From Eledone cirrhosa (lineage: Eukaryota), in contig OZ024745.1 in NCBI GenBank assembly GCA_964016885.1, positions 114,948,001 to 115,012,000 on the forward strand: a DNA stretch of 64,000 nt, read 5' to 3'. The notes under the pieces are model-generated. The model was not told the DNA's origin. It saw only the letters and a program-made list of their open reading frames with translations, and did no database searches. Positions 49,475 to 61,158 of this stretch are shown here, in pieces. Every line of letters begins with the position of its first letter. Position 1 is the first letter of the stretch. Position numbers and translations under genes: made by a program.

Positions 49475-50160
49475 TCTTCGCCTTTGCCCACTTATTCCTG
49501 AGAGAATCGCGAGTGCAGAGTCCTCAAACACTCCTTCCAGCGGGTCCTGTCAGAAGCAACTGATCCGGCTGGATCCCCAAGCGAGATCAGCCAAGCTAAT
49601 GGATGTTACACAACTACCTTGCTCAAGGTTTACCTCTGGGTCTGCTGCCGGTTGGTTTTGCCCGTAAAATCTGTCCAGTTATTCTTTACTGAGACATTCT
49701 AACCACATGCCCATAGTATCAGAGCTGTGATATTTCAATTCGGAGAAGTAACGCTCTACTGCAGGTTCGGAGCCGTTACTAATCTCTCAGAGGCTGAAGT
49801 CACAAGAGCAATTAAAGAGTTCAATTGTGGCAAGGCCGCTGGGAAAGATGAAATCCAGCTCAAGATGTTAAAAACCTTAAATAGAGAAGGTATTCTCTGA
49901 CTGACTCATGTTTACTTGGTGGCCTGCTTCTTTGGAAAGGCACCTAAACAATGGCAATCGGGAGTGATAATCCCTGCAGGGATAATATTGAGTCCAAGTT
50001 AGCTGATGAACAGTGCAATTTTCGCCCTGGACACAGCACAGCCGACCAAATATTCATACTGCAACAGGACTTTAAGAAATAATGGGGGAATTGCCAAGAG
50101 GTACATTCTTGTTTTGTAGACCTCAAAAAGGCATATGACTACATTCCTCGGGACCAGTTG
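49475..50160. mobile_element. RTE family 2 relics: 3' end on - (49475-49770) abutting RT N-terminal piece on + (49775-50160)
   Basis: Plus-strand relics CGKAAGKDEI, WQSGVIIP, EQCNFRPGHSTADQIF, FVDLKKAYD. The minus part matches the 54775 and 58860 ends. Confidence 0.7.
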
Positions 50161-50164
50161 TAAT

Positions 50165-50832
50165 TTATGAAGTTGTGGTCACTTCCAACCGACCAAACCA
50201 ACCACAGGAGGTCAAATCCTATGTGGGCATGGCGGAGGGCCGATTTAAGGAACGTTTCCTGAACCATCAGTCGACCTTTAGGTACCCGGACAGACGTTCA
50301 TCCACGAAACTCGCGAGCCACGTATGGTCCCTCAAGGACTCAAGTATAGACTACTCCATTCAATAGAAAGCCATCACTGAGTTCAAGCCATACGCAAGGG
50401 GAAATCCGTCGTGTGGACTGTGTATTGACGAACGAATAAATATTCTAAAGAGATTATGCAATAGTGATTGCCTAAACACGTTGTCCACACGTCTCGAAAC
50501 ACCTATTGCATAACTACAAAGCTCCGGATTGAATGAATTATTGTAACAACATCAATATTTTTAAAACACTTTTCGGACTTTCGCAGTTATCTCTCTTACA
50601 CCTCTCGCACGCATTTTAGTATTGCCTGTGAAGTGACGGGTTTCTGCGCATGCGCGTTCGTACGGTTGTCCTTGTTCCGTGTAACCATGGACATTACGAA
50701 CTGAGTATCCACTAAGGTGAAGCAATTGTTCTCGGTATGGTGAACTAACTGTTGTGTAACCACTTCTACCTAACTCGTCCCATGGACTGAGTGCTCTACC
50801 ACTATGGATATTACCTTCCAGGGTTCTACCAC
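50165..50832 (+). mobile_element. Penelope-like element 3' fragment (GIY-YIG endonuclease plus pLTR-like tail)
   Basis: IYEVVVT...KSYVGMAEGRFKERFLNHQSTFR...STKLASHVWSLK...YSIQ*KAI...PY...CGLCIDERINI is the PLE GIY-YIG pattern; one in-frame stop. Confidence 0.8.
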
Positions 50833-50959
50833 TATATATATATATATATATATCATAAAACATGTCTATAGAATCACCAGATAAAATATATACCATAGCT
50901 CTGATTATTTAATTTATTAACTTTTCATTGAGCCACAAAGTGACCCGTTGCAAAACACA

Positions 50960-51016
<57 letters not shown>

Positions 51017-51264
51017 TATATATATATATACATATACACACACACACAGATAGTGTCATAGTGTCGTAATGCAGACAGCAGACAAACAGGCATTATAATG
51101 GTGCGACGTTATAGTTATCTAATGCGGTCCCTAGGGCATTGAAAATTTGAAATATCTTTTGCTCAAAACATTCACACGGCCATAGGTATTACATGTGTAA
51201 AGTTTGAAAAAACTCGAGTTTAAGGGAGTCAGACAGACATTCTCTGTTTTAGATATATAGATAG

Positions 51265-52221
51265 TAATTTATTCACATTTATAATAACAATAATGACACA
51301 ATGCTTACAGGAAAGTCATAAAATCAGTTATATCAACACAAGTGGATAAGTTCCTTCAGAATGAAAATATAAACAGAGCATATAAATAAATTTACAGTAG
51401 AATAACATAACAAATATGTTTTAAATACATACATAAATAACATTACAAATGCCTCGGTAACACTACAAAGGATGATATAATGAAAGATATATTCCTTCAA
51501 TGCTACAATATTAAAGAAAATATAAAAGAAGGGGTGAACAACGGAGCCAACACCAGAGCAAAAGACAGCAACGTCGCGAGTACTGAGCAACCTCTCTAAT
51601 GATTTTTGAGGCAAGCCAGCACACTCGCAGAGTTGCCTTGGGTGATGGCGAGGCTGAAACAGCCAAACACCCTCGCGAGATTCGCCAGTCACCTCTATTA
51701 GGCGAGCCGCCAGTGAGGAAAGGAACCTCGCAGTCAGCGGCCCGACTCCCCCAAACGTCTCGAAAGTCACAGGTTGAAAAATGTAGCTGGCCGACAGAGC
51801 AGAGTATTTGAGGGTCTTACTCCGCTCGGCCGCAGAACCTGTGGCTCTCGTCCTAACCGCAGCATCCAGGATGTGGGAAAGAGCAAAAGTGTCACCAACA
51901 GTGACGTCCCAGACAAGGCACCTGCCTCTCGACCAAGGGCACAGGGTAAGACCGTCAGGTCTTTTGCCGTCACTTCTGGACAACCCAGATAGTTCCAAGA
52001 CTGAGGGGATATTCGCCCGGGCCAAAGCTTTCTTCAGAATGAGGTTTAGCTCCGTGTGATGCGCGAAGCGGCAAGAAAGACGTGGAGGCCTATAGAGTCG
52101 AGGAGTTTGCCGCATCGGCACCTCAAACCCATGCAGACGTCACTCCCACTCTGAGGGCGATGGAGTCACGAAGTTCGTCCAGGCTGAGTAAGGCCACCAA
52201 CGTTGGCCACGGGTAGGGCTA
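51265..52221 (-). mobile_element. CRE-like (restriction-like endonuclease) non-LTR retrotransposon 3' fragment
   Basis: The minus strand encodes LDELRDSIALRVG..CRCG..H.LSCR (zinc knuckle) and LSRSDGKRPDGLTLCPWSRGRCLVWDVT..KTLKY..ETFG (RLE core), with frameshifts; AT-rich 3' UTR. Confidence 0.82.
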
Positions 52222-52224
52222 TGA

Positions 52225-52385
52225 CCCTTTATGTTCTGAGTTCAAATCCCGCCGAGGTTCGTTTTGTCTTTCATCCTTACGAGGTCGATAAAATAAAGTA
52301 CCAGTAATGCACTGAAATAGATTTAATAGACTTTACCTTTCCCTTCAAATCGCTGGCCTTGTGTTAATAGTAGAAACAATTATTA
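52225..52385 (+). mobile_element. SINE family A, 5'-truncated (insert variant)
   Basis: B-box, core and tail present. Confidence 0.82.
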
Positions 52386-53254
52386 AAGGGAAACTCGGGC
52401 ATCTCTTGTGGCGTGTGATTGATTGACTGTGCGGGTCATCTCTCCACTTTCTTTCTTTTAGTATGTTTTCTCTTTTTTCTTTAATACACATAATTTGCTT
52501 GTTGAATACAATTTATTTATATAATGTATAAATCACTGTTTACACCACAGAAAATAAAATATTTTCAATGCACGAAATTTCTTATTTAAATAGCTTTTCA
52601 TTTTTTGTTTACATGAAGCGAAAATAAATAACAGCTTGTAATATTTTTTTCAATACATCTCTGACGGCTCGCTTTACTGTCAGGTGATTACAGTGATGGT
52701 GCTTGGTTGTTTCAACACCTTAGCCTCGCCATCACCTGTGATAATGCAGCAAGCATATTGGCTTGCCTCAAAATATTCTGATGACCCTTGTGATCTGCGG
52801 CTGATTGTTCCACTTGGTGGTGAATTGACTGTCGTTTTCGTTTTTGTTTTTTGCTTCTCTATATATTTTTTTTTTTCTCGTTCTGGTCATATATAAAATC
52901 TAAAATTTCATTCTTTAAATTTCTAATTATTTTGTTGATAAAGTAATTATGTTAGGACTCCAGAATGTGGAAATTTAAGCTACCAACTAATTTGAAAAAT
53001 TGATTATGATTAGTAGGAAGCCGAAGTATTTCCTTTGCCATTAGCAACATGGACGATTTCATATCTAACATTTAATTATCTAGGCTGTTATTTGACCCAA
53101 ACAACCGATTTCTCAGAACGAGACTCAGTAAAAATGGAGGACTTTGTCTATATGTTGTTTATCAATAGTTAACATTGTATAACTAAAATTCTATATTTTC
53201 CAAGGATAAAAAAAGCAGAAAAATATTTGTATATGTATTCTCTGATGTTGCACC

Positions 53255-53386
53255 ATGAGTACAATAATATCTTCATCTTCATCACCTGGGGATCCCAAAC
53301 TTGTTCAAGATATTATAGACAAGTTGAAATCTCAAGGTTTGTTCGACCAATTCCGAAAGGAAGGAATGGGCGATGTGGACACAAAG
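53255..53386 (+). CDS. BOD1L1: BOD1/BOD1L1-family protein, coding exon 1 (MSTIISSSSSPGDPKLVQDIIDKLKSQGLFDQFRKEGMGDVDTK)
   Basis: ATG in CACCATGA context. The peptide matches the BOD1/Shg1 domain start (LKSQGLFDQFR...DVDTK). Ends at AAG|GTAAGA donor; 132 nt, phase 0. BOD1 vs BOD1L1 cannot be settled here, but the long exon 4 favours a BOD1L1-like form. Confidence 0.9.
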
Positions 53387-54537
53387 GTAAGAATCAGATA
53401 CAACAAACGTTTTAATGATAACAATCGCAAATTTACATTCTTATACGATGATTAACACATTGGATTGTAGAATATTTTAATAAAACACCGCTATTAGTAT
53501 TAAGTAAACAGTGTATTATAACCGTGCTATGGTGATTATCCAGTTAGTGTTATTATTCAACATAAAAGAAATATGAGACAAATTATCAATACAACCTCTT
53601 TTTTCTACCTCTCTCCCCCAAAAAACAAATAATAATCTACTCTGCTAAATGTTTGACCAGAGAGATTATATTACGAACAAACCTAGATTAGTTATTCCCG
53701 AAATATAGTAAGCATGAATTTGGTGAAGTATAGCGATATCTTATTAAAAAAAACACAACTAAGGATTTATAGAAGAAGAAACATTTCGTGATGTTCTTGC
53801 TTTTTTCTAGTGCATTATCAATGAAGTGAAGTGATATAGTTCCAACTGGATATCAAAACCGGCTTGGTGGATCACGAAATTATACGTGTTTCTTTAACTA
53901 GATTCAATACTCTTACATCTATTTATAGGGAATGTGAAAGTGGAGATCCAATGAACGTATTAATGGTGTTAAAATTGAGGGGAATGTTTTTTTTTAACAA
54001 GGGAATCGAAACTGTATGTCGCGTCTACAGGTCACTCACCTGGCGTTTATTTCCATTTCTACAAATTCATAGACACAGAATAGACGAATTGTTAAGTTCG
54101 CTTCGCAGTCAGTAGGCCCTGGTTCAATCCCACTGCGTAGTGTCTTGTGTAAGTGTTATTTAGCCTCATGTTGACTTATGTCTCCTTGTTATTGAGATTG
54201 AATACACGGAAACTGTTTGGAAGACCGTTGGAGGGACAGTATATGTAATTCAAAGGGCCAGCCTTATCTTATTCACCGCTCTTAATCGAAACAGCAAGCA
54301 CAACTTCACATTAGCAGTCTGTTTCCCATCAAGGTTTGTTGGACATTTCTGTCGATTCCAGTGCTATGGTGTCCTTGTATCTCTGCTTTCTCGTAGAGGA
54401 GATCCCCCATAGGTCTGAAAATAATTATCTGAATCTGCAACCTAGTTTTGACATCTCATTGTTAGCCTTTCGTTGTATGACAGTCATGGCTTTTTGACGC
54501 ATGATTGTCATACAACGAAATAAGGTATTATTATTAT

Positions 54538-54741
54538 TTTGCCTTTCATCCTTACGGGGTCGATAAAATAAAGTACCAGTAATGTACTGTGTAATTGCTG
54601 GCCTTGTGCCAATAGTAGAAACAATTATTATTATTACGGGGTCGATAAAATAAAGCACAGTAATGCACTGGGGGTAGATTTAATCGACTTTACCCTCCCG
54701 TTCAAATTGCAGGCCTTGTACCTAAAGTAGAAACAATTATT
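54538..54741 (+). mobile_element. Two tandem truncated SINE family A copies, BOD1L1 intron 1
   Basis: Core plus tail occurs twice, joined at (ATT)n; the second copy is the insert variant. Confidence 0.82.
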
Positions 54742-54774
54742 ACGAACACCCCACTCGATTTCAGTGGGGAAAAA

Positions 54775-55880
54775 ATCTTCTTTGCCGATTTATTCCTGAG
54801 AGAGTCGTATGGACAGTCCTCACACACACCTGTCAGGAGCAACTGTCTCCAACTGATCTGGCTGAATTCCCAAGCTAGACCAGCCAAGTTCATGGATGTT
54901 ATCTAACCATCTTGCTCGGGGTCTGCCCATGGGTCTCCTGCTGGTTGGTTTTGTCTATCAAATCTCTCTAGTGATTCTTTCCTGAGACATTCTAATTGCA
55001 TGCCCATAGAATGGGAGCTGTGAACTCTCAATTTGGAGACGTAGCTGCTATACATGGAGTGACTCTGATCTCCAAGCTACGCACTCTATCGAGTAACATT
55101 ATACTAAAGATCCTTCAGAGGAACCCCATTTCGGCCACTTGTGTGTGTTCGCAATCATATTCTTTCGGTCATTATCCAAGATTCATGACCATAGATAAGG
55201 GCTGATATGAATACCGAATTGAAGATAGTGAGTTTGGCTTTTTCGCCTACCACCCTTCTGATTACTGAATGCTGAAGCTGGTGCATTCCAGTTCCCGCAA
55301 TTCTTGCACTTAATTCAGCCTCTTGCCTTCCATCACTCATGAACACAGCCCCGAGATATTTGAACTTCTTCACTTACTTCAGTGGAACTCCATTTACATG
55401 TAGAGTGCACTGCGCAGGACAAGTGTCTCGGTTTTCGCAGCATTGATTTTAATTCTAGCCATGTAGCACTCAGCATCAAACCTGTTGAGTGCAAGTTTGA
55501 GATCAACTTTCATGTATATCACTCTTTTCTACATGTCAATCTCATACTTGTAACTGTCTTCCATAACCTACACCACACTATCAATTGACTAGAATTTTTA
55601 ACAACCAAACATGGACACAGAAATATACAAACATTACAAAAATTCACATTTAACTAATTCCAGCCATGCAGCACTCGACATCAAACTTATCAGGTGCAAG
55701 TCGGAGATCACCTGTTGAGTTAAGTAACATAATGTCAGCCGACTGATTTTACACCTGCTAGTCATGATACCATATCAATCCTGTTCATGTAAATAATGAA
55801 CAGGAGAGGTGACAGTATGCATCCTTGGTGGAGTCCAACTCCCACATTGAATGGTTTTGATTTAGCACTATTTATGCAAA
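54775..55880 (-). mobile_element. Degraded RTE family 2 3' fragment, BOD1L1 intron 1
   Basis: Minus-strand relics VGLHQGCILSPLLFIIYMNRI and KKFKYLGAVFMSDGRQEAELSARI...LIYGHESWIMTERI. Confidence 0.78.
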
Positions 55881-56467
55881 CACAATACAATAGGGCATTT
55901 ATATAGAGATATCAGTGCAGCAAGGAGCTGACCATCGATCTCGTTTATTTTTTGTTGTGTGCTATCAATTAATCTATTCTTCGAGATGCTGGCAATCAAC
56001 TTTTTTCCCAGAGAACCGAGGGAGTGAGGTGGGTCCCCCCTTGGAGTTTTCCCTACGATTTTTTTTCGCATTTTATCTATGAATAGGACCTCCAAACCAG
56101 TTGGAAATAACTAGATTTGTAGAAAAAAAGGGGATAGGTGGAAGGGGGTAAAAAGACCATCAGAGCAAGGGTTGGACAGGTCTTCACAAACAGTCAGTAC
56201 TAATGCAGAGCCATCAACCTCTCAGATGGGTTCGGGGCCTGCATCTCACATACATATTTTCCTGCACTGTACCTAGTACAGTTTATTGAGACGCCAGCAC
56301 TAAAGAGGTTGTCATGTGTTTGACATAGTTGAAGAGTCTTCACGATCCTTAATTTGACAGGTTTTCTATGGATGGATGCCCTTCCTATCACCACCCACTT
56401 TACAGAGTTTACTGGGTGTATTTATCATGTAGATTTGTTTTGCTTTTCTTTCAAAAATACGTTCTCA

Positions 56468-56662
56468 TCTATCTATCTACCACCTTCATGTCTATCTACC
56501 ACCTTCATGTCTATCTACCACCTTTTTATCTATCTACCGTCTGCCTATTTATCTATCTACCACCTTCATGTCTATCTACCACCTTTTTATCTATCTACCG
56601 TCTGCCTATTTATCTATCTACCACCTTCCTATTTATCTATCTACCACCTCCCTATCTATCTG
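56468..56662. repeat. ~19-23 bp tandem repeat TCTATCTACCACCTT(CATG/TTTA)
   Basis: Read directly. An ~81-bp direct duplication follows at 56710-56860. Confidence 0.85.
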
Positions 56663-56992
56663 CCCATCTGGTCAACCACCACCTTCTTATCTCTTTTCTA
56701 TATTTATGTGACTGCACAGGGTGGATGTGGGCTCTGTAAAGCATGGAAAAGATAGCCCATCAAAGAGAGTAGTCACTCTGAATAAATAAGACTGCACGGG
56801 GTAGACATGGGCTCTGTAAAGCATGGAAAAAACAGCTCATCAAGGAAAGTAGTTACTCCAAATGCCAGGTAACACATCTTAGGGCTACCATTCAATGTGA
56901 GCACTCTGAAATCCAGTGAAATTCTCGAGTTACATGAGAGGAGATGAGCAGATGTATGCTGTGTTCAAGAAGTGAGCACAGGTTGTCAGCAA

Positions 56993-57830
56993 GGTTGTCC
57001 ATGGGAACTTCTCTAGTAAAAGAACTAGAGAAGAAATTAGAGTCAAAATGACTTAGAGTAAACTTGAGAAAAACCAAAGTTTTGTTAAGCAAGAAAGAAG
57101 ACAGGACATTGATCCCACCCTATTCGATATGTAGGAAAGGAGTTGGTAGTACCTCTATGATGTACACACTGTAAATCTTGGATACACAAGAAGTGTAGTG
57201 GGATAATAGGCAGACTAACAGAAACAGAAAACTTTGTACATGGCAGATGTACAGGGATAATTAGTAAGAGCATCAGTAAAACATGTTTTCCAATCCCAGG
57301 AAGGCTCCATAGAAGTAGTTGATAGCTTCTAATTCCTAGATAAACAAATAGGTTGGAGAGGAGGTTGCACTGAAATTATAGTAGCTAGAGTAAGAACAGA
57401 TGGAATAATTTCAGGGAGCTACTACTGTTTTTTCCTTATGAAAGAAAGACAGCTGTATAATGCCTGTGTACAATGTGCAATGTTGCATGGTAGTGAGACA
57501 TGGGCAGTGGATACAGAGGATATGCATAGGCTGAAGAGAAATGAAGCTAGTATGCTTTGATGTATTTTTTTTTCTAGGGCGGGTAAAATTCCCGGACGAG
57601 TTCTCTCCAGCGGTCTCTGTCCCTCATTATCGCTGCCATGTCCTGCATCTCCAACAGACCAGTGTCTGTTCTTAGGGGATCAACATACGTTAACCTTGGT
57701 CTTCCTCTTCCAGTGTGTCCATGTAAGCTCAAAAGTGACACAGAGGAGACTGAGGTTAGCTGGACATGCTCACCGACATCCAGAGTTTGATGTATGTGCA
57801 ATGTTAATATACATGAGAAACAGAGCATAT
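56993..57830 (+). mobile_element. Degraded copy of the 8554-10660 RTE family, interrupted at 57566-57785
   Basis: Colinear with 9660-10340 (GGTTGTCCATGGGAACTTCTCT, ATAGAAGTAGTTGATAGCTTC, GCATGGTAGTGAGACATGGGCAG, GAGAAATGAAGCTAGTATGCT). Confidence 0.8.
57566..57785 (-). mobile_element. Short poly(A)-tailed RTE-like insertion with 5' inversion and 10-bp TSD
   Basis: TSD TTTGATGTAT at 57556-57565 and 57786-57795. Minus strand HGHTGRGRPRLTYVD...DRDRWRELV..* then poly(A); plus strand SSKVTQRRLRLAGHAHRHPE. Confidence 0.82.
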
Positions 57831-58299
57831 ACTCTCACTGGTCTATTGAAGGTTCAACTCCCAGCTACTGCTGGTACTTATCTCAGTTGAGTGTACTGTA
57901 GCAACATGAAATAAAGGGTTTTGCTCAAGAACACAACAGTAAGCCTGTCTGGAAACCAAACTGATGACCTTACGATCCCATGTCAAGCATCCTAACCATT
58001 AGACCTATTTATTGCCTAATAATAATTTTCCTTTGAGATTGCCAGTAATTTCTCATCCTCCAAGAAAATACTGTTGAAAATGTTTCCTTCAAGTACCTCA
58101 TCAAAATGGCTGCTGATGAGGTTGAGCTTTACTAGACACTTCATACTTTCATCAACAGATGGTTTCTTCTTGAAAATTCCTTGTATTTCTTATGAGCTGA
58201 AGTGTTTCATATGACTCCTCTCACTCAACTAATGACCTATCTTTCATTTCCAACTCAATTACTATTGAAATAACATTAAGGATTTTCTGAGGGCTGATT

Positions 58300-58860
58300 A
58301 TAAAGAATTAAGTACAAGAATTGCAAGCTCTGGTGCTGTAATGTGCCAGCTTCAGCATTTGGTAATCAGAAGGGAGGTAGATGTAAAAGCCAAAATAGCT
58401 ATCTTCAATTTGGTATTCATGCCAACCATTACCTATAGTTATGAATAATGGGTAATGATTGAAAAAATATGCTTGTGAACACAAGCAACTGCAAAGGGGT
58501 TCTGTTGAAGGGTCTTTGGAATAACGTTACTCATTAGAGTGGTTAGATCAGAGAATTGCTTCAGGTAGAGCCACTACTTTTCTGAATTGAGAGATCACAG
58601 CTCCGATATTATGGGCATGGGGTTGGAATATCTCAGGAAAGAATCACTGGACAGATTTTATGGGGAAAACCAACTGACGGGAAACCCTGGTCTAGACTCC
58701 AAGCAAGTTGGTTGGATAACATCTATGAACTCGGTTGGTCTTGCTTGGGGATCCAGCCAAATCAATTGGATACAAAAGTGATTCTGATAGGACCCACTGG
58801 AAAGAGAGTTTGAGGACTTTGCCTCCACGACTCTCTCAGGAATACGTGGGCGAAGAAGAC
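58300..58860 (+). mobile_element. Degraded RTE family 2 3' fragment, inverted relative to the 54775-55320 copy
   Basis: Colinear with the reverse complement of 54775-55320; shared end CGACTCTCTCAGGAATA.GT.GGC.AAGAAGA. Confidence 0.75.
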
Positions 58861-59055
58861 TATAAAGAAGAAAATATTGATAATGAAGATTGTAACATTT
58901 AAGATTGGAAACATGCATTTGTTTCTCATTCACTGAATAAAATTGCTGCAAGCAAATAGCATTTAAATGTGGTAATGAAATTAATTTTAAATACCATAAC
59001 TCTTATTATTTGTGTTAATTATTAATAATTAGTTTTTTTCTTCTTTGTTTTATAG

Positions 59056-59180
59056 CCAGCCTATCAGAATTTGAGGCAACGTATGGAAGGGCATGTGTCA
59101 CGCTTTTTGGAGAAGCAAGTGTGGAGCCCTAATCTAAATAAGAATCAGTTACGAGACCAACTAAGAAAGCATATCAATCA
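59056..59180 (+). CDS. BOD1L1: BOD1/BOD1L1-family protein, coding exon 2 (PAYQNLRQRMEGHVSRFLEKQVWSPNLNKNQLRDQLRKHIN)
   Basis: Polypyrimidine tract plus TATAG| acceptor and CA|GTATGT donor; 125 nt, phase 0 to 2. PAYQNLRQ and NKNQLR are hallmark BOD1 motifs. Not in the ORF track. Confidence 0.92.
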
Positions 59181-59227
59181 GTATGTTAACAATTATAATA
59201 TTTTTATATTTTTACATTATTATTAAT

Positions 59228-59427
59228 AGGGCGGTGGATTGGCAGTATCGGTAGAGGGTCGGACGCCATGCTTTGCAGCAAAGAGTTACGGCCCTTTATG
59301 GTCTGAGTTCAAATCCCGCCGAGGCTAACTTTGCCTTTCATCCTTATGGGGTCGATAAAATAAAGTACCAGTAATGTACTGGGTAATTGCTGGCCTTGTG
59401 CCAAAAGTAGAAACAATTATTATTATA
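59228..59427 (+). mobile_element. Full-length tRNA-headed SINE (family A), BOD1L1 intron 2
   Basis: A-box-like TGGCAGTATCGG, B-box GAGTTCAAATCC, core GCCTTTCATCCTTAYGGGGTCGATAAAATAAAGTACCAG, (ATT)n tail; at least 10 related copies in the window. Confidence 0.88.
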
Positions 59428-60349
59428 GCTTTTGTTTACTTCACACATGTTTTGTTTCAGCTGCTGTAACCTGTTTTTACTTGTTTATAAGAAACATAAT
59501 GCTAAAATTTTGTTAAATTTATTTGAATAAGCCCTTCATATTTATTCTGCAAGAGAAAGGCAATCCGCAACATTTGGCTATTATGAGCAACATCTGTATT
59601 TTTAAACACAAAGATGCCCCTATTTTTTAGAAAAGAAAACTGGAAGCAAAAGGTGGTCCCATCATTACATCAGCTGGGCAGAATGTTCACAATTGTTTAC
59701 TTAGTGAAGAGAACAGCCAAATAACATTTCTCACTGATAAATATATTTCTGAATACCTACCATATGTAATTAGCAGCATCAGCTACAAAAACTATACTTT
59801 GAACTTAGCAAACAAGCCAGAACAACAGACTAATGAAAAATAGCACTAAAAACTACAATCATGAGATCAAAAATGAAAGCACCACTATCAACAGCACAGC
59901 CACAGTGTGTCGGTGTGTAATACTGCCACTGAGACTAGAAGGAAAAGCACTAACTCTACCATGGCAAAACAGGTACATCTTTTGCCAAAGTAGCTAGAAT
60001 GATAGCCATGGTCCAAATAACTGAAGAAAATTTTATCAGAGCTATACAGTTTGTAACATGAGTCAGCCAAATCCTGTCATTGGCTATGCTGGAGTGTGTC
60101 CTCCAGGATTCAGAAAAATGATTGTTGTATAGAGGTGCCAGAAAGCACAAAGTAACCAAATTGAAAGATGGTTAATTTGGGGCATCAAAAACTATATTAA
60201 CACGAGGGAAAAGATTTGGCACAATAGAGGTAAAGTTTACAAATGAAGTGGAGGCTTGGAGACATTCCACTATCACCTCAAAAAGTAAGGAACTCACCCA
60301 CATTCCAGTGTATTGCAGCGGAAAAACACCATCACTAGTGTTTTAACTT

Positions 60350-60720
60350 TTAGAAATTTCTGGCCTGCCTGTGTTACTGGGGAGCTTTGCCAGTTTGAGG
60401 TCAACTCTACAGGCATGGAATTGTCATCAGCCGATTTGTGTGCAGGGTGACGAAACTGTCCTACACACACTCGTTCAGTGCCTGAGCATTGCTGACCTGT
60501 GGGTTTATGTTGAACATCGGCTGTCATGTGTAGGATGGATCTCATGATGCATTGAATCCATCTTGAAGATTGCCCCGCTGCTTTCTTTTAACTGAGAAGG
60601 GCAAGCAGTTTTTATATGCCTGTGTTCATTGTATGGTGGATGCGATTGAAGAACTGAGAGAGGGCCCTTGCCCTAGTGGTCAGAGCAACCATGGTTTTCT
60701 GGAGTTTTTCCAGGAGTATC
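60350..60720 (+). mobile_element. Degraded Tx1/L1-like zf-RVT fragment, BOD1L1 intron 2
   Basis: Relic LACLCYWGALPV*GQLYRHG...DETVLHTLVQCLSIADLWVYVEHRLS parallels the 15447-16082 protein. Confidence 0.68.
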
Positions 60721-60931
60721 CCTCGGACATCTGCCTATTGTGGAATATTCATTGTTAAAATGTTATTATTACCTCCCTTATATTAAACCTGTTTACATGC
60801 AAATCCTCATGCACACCAACACACATTTAATGTTTTGTGCTGTGCTGTCCTTAATTTTTTCTTAATGTAAACCCTTTGTGGTTAATAAAGAAATCATCAT
60901 CATCATCGTTATTATTATTATTATCTTTTAG

Positions 60932-61158
60932 ATCTGGTATTTTGGCTAGTGGAGTGGAACGTATCATTGAACAGGTTGTTAACCCAAAGATCTTTCTTGT
61001 TATTAAACCTCGCATCGATGAAGTCATATGTGAACATTTGGGGATTGACTTCAAGGAACGTCAGGACAAGCTACTGCGCAAGAAACACCAGCAGCAGGCT
61101 TTGGCTGCTGCTGCAGCTGCAGCTGCTGCATTGGCTGCTTCAAATAATGCTATGGCAA
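60932..61158 (+). CDS. BOD1L1: BOD1/BOD1L1-family protein, coding exon 3 (Q/SGILASGVERIIEQVVNPKIF...QQQALAAAAAAAAALAASNNAMA)
   Basis: TTTTAG| acceptor and A|GTAAGT donor; 227 nt, phase 2 to 1, in frame with exon 2. SGxLxxGVxRIIxQVVxPK motif of the BOD1 family. Confidence 0.9.

Noticed and set aside
49475-50160. Second twin-priming inversion
   Set aside because: The orientation fits, but there is no TSD and a large gap separates the segments; they could be two independent relics.
59228-59320. tRNA gene
   Set aside because: A/B boxes are present but too widely spaced, there is no cloverleaf, and the sequence continues into a multi-copy SINE body.
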